Below, in pieces: positions 58,841 to 64,000 of a DNA stretch of 64,000 nt. Positions within the stretch are counted from its first letter, which is position 1; each line of letters opens with the position of its first letter. The notes beneath the pieces were generated by a model, which was not told the origin of the DNA, searched no databases, and was given only the letters and a program-made list of their open reading frames with translations. Origin of the DNA: Gemmatimonadota bacterium (GTDB taxonomy: Bacteria; Gemmatimonadota; Gemmatimonadetes; Palauibacterales; Palauibacteraceae); the NCBI GenBank assembly GCA_022820995.1, contig JAJEEM010000061.1, positions 12,582-76,581 on the forward strand, in the 5' to 3' direction. A program made the translations under genes and the position numbers.

Positions 58841-60637
58841 GTGACGAATCAACTGTTCGATGCCACGCCCTTCCTGACTCAGGACGAAGGCCAGCACTTC
58901 GACCGCAAGTCCATGTTCGAGGGTCCGCCCGGTGCCAAGCGGCCGCGGAGACGTCGTGAGATGAGGGAGCAGGTGGCCGAGTATGTCGCCGCGTTCGCGA
59001 ACGCCGATGCCGGCGTCCTCCTGTTGGGCGTCGAGGACGACCGTGAAGTGACGGGCCATGGGCTTCCTTCCTCGGCGGTGGAATCCCTCCTGGACGCGCC
59101 CCGGGCTCGGCTGGATCCGCCGCAGCCACCTGGATTCACGGTTTCCCACAAAGGCGTCGAGTTGATCGTATTCGACGTGCCTGCCGCGGATGCGCCGGTG
59201 CAAATGACCGGGAACGGCTTCCCGCTTCGCGTGGGCGACCAAACCGTCCGAGCACGGGAAACGCAAATCGCGGCGACCAAACAGCAGGGGATGTATGAGA
59301 GCTGGGAGAGTCGCCGTTCCTCGTGCTCCGTGGCGGACCTCGATCCGAAACTGCTGGCCCGGGCACGCGCTGGCGCAGGACTGTCTGCGTTATCGGACGA
59401 GGAATACCTGCTGAAACGGAAGCTGGCGGACCAACGCGGACGCCGAATCGTGCTCCGTAAGGCGGCGGAATCGTTGTTCGCGCGCCAAGATCCGGACCAT
59501 CCCAACGCCGGAGTCCGCCTGTTTCGCGTCATCGGAACCGAGCGGCGGTTTGGGGCAGAGCACAACGTGGAGGAACGACCTCGCATCGAAGCCAGCCTGC
59601 CGCACGTCCTCGATGAAGCTCACAAAGTGGTCTCGGGATTGCTTCGACGACCGTCCCGTCTGGTCGGCATGCGGTTCCAGGAGATGCCGGAGTACCCGGA
59701 CTTCGCTTGGCGAGAGGCGTTGCACAACGCGGTGGCTCATCGCGACTACGCCATCCAGGGAAGCGGCACCGAGATATGGCTGTTCGAGGACCGCATGGAG
59801 GTGGTCAGCGCAGGCACCCTGCCCGACGGTGTTACGCTGGAGGAAGTGCTCCGACTGGAACGGGTACACAGAAGTCGTAATCCACGCATCGTAAGGGCGC
59901 TGGTCGATCTCGGTTTCGCGAAGGACCAGGGCGAGGGCATCCCCCGCATGTTTGCGGAGATGGAAGACGCCTTCCTGCCGCAGCCCGAGTTGGACGTTGG
60001 TGGGGAGCGCATAATCGTTACGCTGCGCAATACGTCAACTCTAACGGCTTCGGATCGCCAGTTCGTGGCCGGTCTGGGGAACGCCGACCTGAGCCGCCAC
60101 GAGTTTCGTGCGCTTCTCATGGCTTACAGGCGCGGCCGCGTGGACAACGCCGCGCTGCGTTCGGTCACGGGACTCGACACCCTACGCGCGAGCCATTTGC
60201 TGCGCGGTCTTCGCGACCGGGAACTTCTCACGCTGCAGGGGCGTGGGGCGGATAGCTTCTACACGCTTACGCCGGTGGTCCGTGACCTCGCCCTGGATCG
60301 AGGGGAGTTGTCGGGCGGATCGAGGGGAGCTGTCCGTTCGGATCGGGGGGAGCTGCCCGAAGAGGTGCAGCGCGCGCTCGACGGATTGGGATTGCGGCCT
60401 CGGAAAGAACGGCTACGTGCGGTCATCGAAGCGATCTGCGCGGCCAGGGAATGGACGACACCGGGAGAAGTCGCGCGATTCCTGAGCTTCTCCCAGCGTA
60501 AGCTGAGCGGTCGCCACCTGACGCCGATGGTGGAGGCGGGGCGGCTCATGCGGCGCTATCCGGACAACCTCACACACCCCGAGCAGGCGTACAGAGCCAA
60601 CAGCTCTGAAGCGTCTGCCGAAAAGGGAACATCATGA
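58841..60637 (+). CDS. AlbA_2 ('divergent AAA'/Schlafen-like) + HATPase_c_4 + wHTH protein (RecG-C-terminal-like putative regulator)
   Basis: N-terminal 'DEGQHFDRK...EYVAAFANADAGVLLLGVEDDREVTG' AlbA_2 pattern. Central 'REALHNAVAHRDY...GTEIWLFEDRMEVVSAG' HATPase_c_4 pattern. C-terminal HTH-like tail. Stop overlaps the msrA start (ATGA). Confidence 0.7.
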   Translation: MTNQLFDATPFLTQDEGQHFDRKSMFEGPPGAKRPRRRREMREQVAEYVAAFANADAGVLLLGVEDDREVTGHGLPSSAVESLLDAPRARLDPPQPPGFTVSHKGVELIVFDVPAADAPVQMTGNGFPLRVGDQTVRARETQIAATKQQGMYESWESRRSSCSVADLDPKLLARARAGAGLSALSDEEYLLKRKLADQRGRRIVLRKAAESLFARQDPDHPNAGVRLFRVIGTERRFGAEHNVEERPRIEASLPHVLDEAHKVVSGLLRRPSRLVGMRFQEMPEYPDFAWREALHNAVAHRDYAIQGSGTEIWLFEDRMEVVSAGTLPDGVTLEEVLRLERVHRSRNPRIVRALVDLGFAKDQGEGIPRMFAEMEDAFLPQPELDVGGERIIVTLRNTSTLTASDRQFVAGLGNADLSRHEFRALLMAYRRGRVDNAALRSVTGLDTLRASHLLRGLRDRELLTLQGRGADSFYTLTPVVRDLALDRGELSGGSRGAVRSDRGELPEEVQRALDGLGLRPRKERLRAVIEAICAAREWTTPGEVARFLSFSQRKLSGRHLTPMVEAGRLMRRYPDNLTHPEQAYRANSSEASAEKGTS

Positions 60638-61188
60638 ATGATCGAAGAGAGACGGCGACGTTGGCCGGGGGGTGCTTCTGGTGCGTCGAGGCCGTGTATC
60701 AGCTGCTGGAAGGCGTCCGCGGCGTGAAGTCGGGGTACGCCGGGGGGCAGGTCGAGAACCCCACGTACCAGCAGGTCTGCACGGGGCGGACCGGCCACGC
60801 CGAAGTCGTGCGAGTCACCTTCGACCCGGACGCGGTGTCGTTCGACGATCTGCTGGATGTCTTCTTCACGATTCACGACCCCACGACGTTGAACCGGCAG
60901 GGCGCGGACGTGGGGACGCAGTATCGCTCGGCGATCTTCCACGAGAGCGAGGCACAGAAGGAAGCGGCTAAACGCAAGGTCGCGGAGATCACGGCGGCCG
61001 GGATCTGGCCGGATCCGATCGTGACGGAGATCGCCCCGCTGGAGACGTTCTATCCGGCGGAGGCGTATCACGACGACTACCTGAATCGGAACCCGACGCA
61101 GCCGTACTGCCAGGCCGTCGTGGCGCCGAAGGTGGCGAAGTTCCGGCAGCAGCACATGCAGCGGCTGAGGCGCGGAGCGGGCGTCTGA
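60634..61188 (+). CDS. msrA: Peptide methionine-S-sulfoxide reductase MsrA
   Basis: 'ATLAGGCFWCVEAVYQ' active-site GCFWC motif. Confidence 0.9.
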   Translation: MNDRRETATLAGGCFWCVEAVYQLLEGVRGVKSGYAGGQVENPTYQQVCTGRTGHAEVVRVTFDPDAVSFDDLLDVFFTIHDPTTLNRQGADVGTQYRSAIFHESEAQKEAAKRKVAEITAAGIWPDPIVTEIAPLETFYPAEAYHDDYLNRNPTQPYCQAVVAPKVAKFRQQHMQRLRRGAGV

Positions 61189-61234
61189 CGGAACCCCCGC
61201 CGACTCGAGCCCTGCGGCGGCCACGGACGGCCGC

Positions 61235-61870
61235 GTGACGACGCCGGCGCACGCGGCGCTCAGTCTCATCGTTCTGGGCCGGTCGGAGCGCAACGCCCTG
61301 CCGGTCGCGCTCGGGGCCGTGGCCCCGGACCTCCCGATGCTCGTCTTCTACATCTGGGAGCGGCTCGTGCGCGGGGTGTCGGAGGGCCGGATCTGGTCGG
61401 AACGCTACTTCGACCCCGGCTGGCAGGTGGTGTTCGACATCCCGAGTTCGATTCCTCTCCTCGGGATCGCCCTGTGCATCCTCCTGGTGCTCATCGGCCG
61501 GCGCTCGACCGCCGGGCACGTCCCGTCGGCGGGGGTGGCCGCCGCACCGCGGCCCACGAGGCTCACCGCATCGACCCTGTTCGTCGCGAGCATGATCCTC
61601 CATGCGCTGGGCGATCTGCCGCTGCACCGGGAGGACGCGCACCGCCACTTCTTCCCCTTCAGCGACTGGCGGTTCACGAGTCCTGTGTCCTACTGGGAGC
61701 CGGATCACTACGGAGGGTACGTAGCGGTCGCGGAAATCGTCCTCGTCCTGGCGGTTTCCGTCTTGCTCTTCCGAGCCTACCGGGGGCGGGGCCGCTGGAT
61801 CGTGGCTGGCGTGGCTGGAATCTATGCGCTCTTCATCGGCTTCGCCCTGCTGATGTGGTCCGGGCTATGA
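61235..61870 (+). CDS. Membrane protein, hypothetical (possible membrane-bound metal-dependent hydrolase fold)
   Basis: About 5-6 TM helices and conserved His/Asp in loops ('HALGDLPLHREDAHRHFFPFSDW'). Stop overlaps the P450 start. Confidence 0.5.
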   Translation: MTTPAHAALSLIVLGRSERNALPVALGAVAPDLPMLVFYIWERLVRGVSEGRIWSERYFDPGWQVVFDIPSSIPLLGIALCILLVLIGRRSTAGHVPSAGVAAAPRPTRLTASTLFVASMILHALGDLPLHREDAHRHFFPFSDWRFTSPVSYWEPDHYGGYVAVAEIVLVLAVSVLLFRAYRGRGRWIVAGVAGIYALFIGFALLMWSGL

Positions 61871-63060
61871 AGCGGATCGACCGGTTTCCGCTCGGGGCGC
61901 ACGTCCGACTCTCGGACCTTGCGATCGATCCCTATCCGATCTTCGCGGGCCTGCGGGAGGAAGAGCCCGTCACCTGGGTGCCGGAGATCCAACGCTGGTT
62001 CCTCACCCGCCGCGACGACATGCTGGCGGTACTCCGGGACCCCAACCTGTTCACGACGGACGCCCCGTCCACGATCCGGGACATGTTCGGCGTCCACATG
62101 ATGACCACGGAGGGGCCGACGCAGATCCGTTACAAGCGGAAGTGTCTGCCCCCGTTCCACGCCTCCCGCCTCCGGTCGGCGTCGCTGCCGCTCCTGAGGA
62201 CCGAAGTCGAGCGGCTCGTGGAGGGACTGCGGTCGGACAACCGCCGGACCGGGGAAGTGCGGACGACCGTGGCGCGGCCGGTGGCGCTCCATTCGGTGCT
62301 GTCCGTGCTCGGCATCCCGCTGAGCGAGACGGAACGCGTCAACGAGTGGTACGAACACTTCGCCCGGGCGCTGGCGAACTTCGCGGGCGACCCGGACCTG
62401 CGCGCCGAGGGCAAGGGAGCCGCGGACGCGTTCGGCCGGGCGCTCGAACCGATCATCGAGGCACTCGAACGGGATCCCGACGGCAGCCTTCTCTCCGACT
62501 TGGTGTGTGACCACGTCGACCCGCTCACGGCGGAGGAGATCCGCTCCAACGCGCTCATCATCCTCTTCGGCGGGATCGAGACGACGGAATCGATGATCGC
62601 GAACGCCGCGTGGGCGCTGCTCTCGCACCCCGAGCAACTCGGGACCGCCCGGTCGAGCCGCGAGGCCCTGGACCTGGCGATCGAGGAGACGCTGCGCTGG
62701 GAGCCGGCGGTGCAGTCGGCCGCGCGCCAAGCGACCCGCGACACCGAGATCCGCGGGGTCCCCATCGCGCAGGGGGAGGTCGTCCACTGCATGCTGGGCG
62801 CCGCGAACAGGGACCCGTCCCACTTCGAGGACCCCGATCGCTTCGACGTGAGCCGCGCCAACGCGGGCGACCACCTCTCCTTCGCGGTGGGGCGCCACTT
62901 CTGTCTCGGGGCCCCGCTCGCCCGCCTCGAGACACGCGTCGTACTCGAAACCCTGTGGGCCCGCTGCCCGGGCCTCCGCCTTGATCCGGAACGAACCAAC
63001 GCCCCGTATGGCTACGAGTTCCGGAAGCCGCCGGCTGTCTGGGTGGAGTGGGACGTCTGA
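61867..63060 (+). CDS. Cytochrome P450
   Basis: Heme-binding loop 'FAVGRHFCLGAPLA' (FxxGxHxCxG), ExxR 'ETLR', and I-helix 'ILFGGIETT'. Confidence 0.85.
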   Translation: MKRIDRFPLGAHVRLSDLAIDPYPIFAGLREEEPVTWVPEIQRWFLTRRDDMLAVLRDPNLFTTDAPSTIRDMFGVHMMTTEGPTQIRYKRKCLPPFHASRLRSASLPLLRTEVERLVEGLRSDNRRTGEVRTTVARPVALHSVLSVLGIPLSETERVNEWYEHFARALANFAGDPDLRAEGKGAADAFGRALEPIIEALERDPDGSLLSDLVCDHVDPLTAEEIRSNALIILFGGIETTESMIANAAWALLSHPEQLGTARSSREALDLAIEETLRWEPAVQSAARQATRDTEIRGVPIAQGEVVHCMLGAANRDPSHFEDPDRFDVSRANAGDHLSFAVGRHFCLGAPLARLETRVVLETLWARCPGLRLDPERTNAPYGYEFRKPPAVWVEWDV

Positions 63061-63103
63061 CCCGGCCGTCGAGGACCAGCTTCCGAGGTTGGAGGCGGTG
63101 CGA

Positions 63104-63481
63104 TCAGGTGGCGTGCGGCGGGCGACCGGTGACCCACACGACCTCCTTCGTCATGACGTCCGCGAAACGATCGCCCCGTGCGAGCAGGCGTCCCCACTCG
63201 GGAACCGTGTAGACGATCAGATCCGCGGGCACCGGCAGTTCCTCGAACGGCCAGTCGCGGAGACGCTGGAGCGGTGGAACATCGCTCCGGTCGACGATCG
63301 CTACGACATCGAGGTCGCTCCCGAAGCCGGCGTCGCCGCGAGCGTAAGAGCCGAAGCACCCGACCGCTCTCAACTCGCCGCGCGCGGCAGCCTGCGCTTC
63401 GGCCCACTCCTCAAGCGCCGCCAGCACCGCCTCGGTCGTCGGCCATCGCACCACGGACGAATCGGATGATTTCACGGGCAT
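63104..63481 (-). CDS. Nucleotidyltransferase (MNT/MntA-like) antitoxin component
   Basis: 'GCFGSYARGDAGFGSDLDVVAI' Pol-beta-type NTase motif. The first ATG (63481) overlaps the HEPN gene by about 70 nt. Alternative GTG starts at 63451 or 63427 would reduce the overlap. Confidence 0.7.
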   Translation of the reverse strand: MPVKSSDSSVVRWPTTEAVLAALEEWAEAQAAARGELRAVGCFGSYARGDAGFGSDLDVVAIVDRSDVPPLQRLRDWPFEELPVPADLIVYTVPEWGRLLARGDRFADVMTKEVVWVTGRPPHAT

Positions 63482-63821
63482 GGTCCACCGCCTGCGAGCT
63501 GTGAAGCGATCCGAAGTGTTCGAAGGCCGGCCCGTCCACATGTCCGTTCGGATAGCGCGCGGGCACATAGTAGCCATCCAGAATTCGCGCCCGGTCGACC
63601 AACTCCGGTGGCGGAGGGTTCGGCAACGCCTTCAGCAATCGAGAAACGACGTGTCCCCACACTTCCCGTCCCTGCGTAAGGTGAAGAGCCTTCAGAGCCT
63701 TCTCGGCCGCCTGGTGCGCCGCGAAGCACGCCCAATCGTGACGGTCGTCCCGAGCCGAGGCCACGGCCTGCTCAAGATCGTGCTCCGCCTGGGCGAACCA
63801 GTCTCTCCACCGTTGGGTCAT
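63411..63821 (-). CDS. HEPN-domain protein (HepT-like toxin component)
   Basis: 136 aa, helical, with the Rx4-6H-like HEPN motif region 'ARYPNGH'. Genetically paired with the MNT gene. Confidence 0.65.
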   Translation of the reverse strand: MTQRWRDWFAQAEHDLEQAVASARDDRHDWACFAAHQAAEKALKALHLTQGREVWGHVVSRLLKALPNPPPPELVDRARILDGYYVPARYPNGHVDGPAFEHFGSLHSSQAVDHAREIIRFVRGAMADDRGGAGGA

Positions 63822-63854
63822 GCATCCATCTCCTCGCGCACGCCTTCGTAACGT

Positions 63855-64000
63855 TAGCAATCCGCGCCGCAGTGCGCAGCGACGAGGCGGGTGAGGATGC
63901 CCGTGTAGTCGTCCCACGGCGTCCGGGCGTCCGGCACCGTCTTGTGCGCGACGACCATGTCCAGCGAGGGGATGACCGTGATGAACTGGCCGTAGGCGCC
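63855..64000 (-). CDS. C-terminal end of a beta-lactamase-related serine hydrolase (partial; continues beyond window)
   Basis: Minus-strand frame reads '...GAYGQFITVIPSLDMVVAHKTVPDARTPWDDYTGILTRLVAAHCGADC*', resembling the conserved C-terminus of class-C-type serine hydrolases. Open to the window edge. Confidence 0.4.

Noticed and set aside
1-64000. CRISPR arrays, rRNA, tRNA, IS elements with terminal inverted repeats
   Set aside because: No regularly spaced direct repeats, no rRNA/tRNA-like conserved segments, and no transposase-like ORFs were found anywhere in the window. The only mobile-element-like signal is the ATPase gene remnant at 56834-57079.

Overview
This is a 64 kb, gene-dense chromosomal segment with about 70% GC, from a Gram-negative-type bacterium with a proteolytic or scavenging lifestyle. 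The gene content (SusC-like TonB receptor, many amidohydrolase-superfamily enzymes and peptidases, a LysW cluster) is compatible with Gemmatimonadota-like or another high-GC lineage, but the phylum is not determinable from sequence alone. I support about 50 protein-coding genes and see no rRNA, tRNA or CRISPR array. The main features are listed below. (1) A compact lysW-lysX-lysY-[Ntn/GATase-II-like]-lysZ-lysJ cluster for carrier-protein (LysW)-mediated lysine or ornithine biosynthesis lies on the minus strand at 5.9-10.6 kb. Its 54-57 aa lysW ORF is below the ORF-track cutoff, and the embedded class-II-amidotransferase-like gene is not a canonical cluster member. (2) A peptide and amide catabolism island carries an M16 peptidase, amidase-signature enzyme plus TonB-dependent receptor, five amidohydrolase-superfamily genes, S9 and S15 peptidases, a DUF885 protein, a D-aminoacylase, a cyclophilin PPIase and HtpX. 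(3) Two sulfite-oxidase-family molybdoenzymes flank a small membrane protein. (4) A translationally coupled membrane-protein and exported-protein pair has duplicated HxHP motifs. (5) An orphan beta-class DNA methyltransferase has no adjacent restriction enzyme. (6) A low-GC scar holds a C-terminal fragment of a COG1373/DUF4143 ATPase next to an AlbA_2/HATPase_c_4 'divergent AAA' regulator-like gene. That gene is translationally coupled to msrA, a membrane protein and a cytochrome P450. (7) A HEPN/MNT toxin-antitoxin pair sits at the 3' end. Many long ORFs in the six-frame track are arginine-rich antisense or alternate-frame artefacts of the high GC content and were rejected. All functional calls are homology-by-eye from motifs and were not confirmed by any search.
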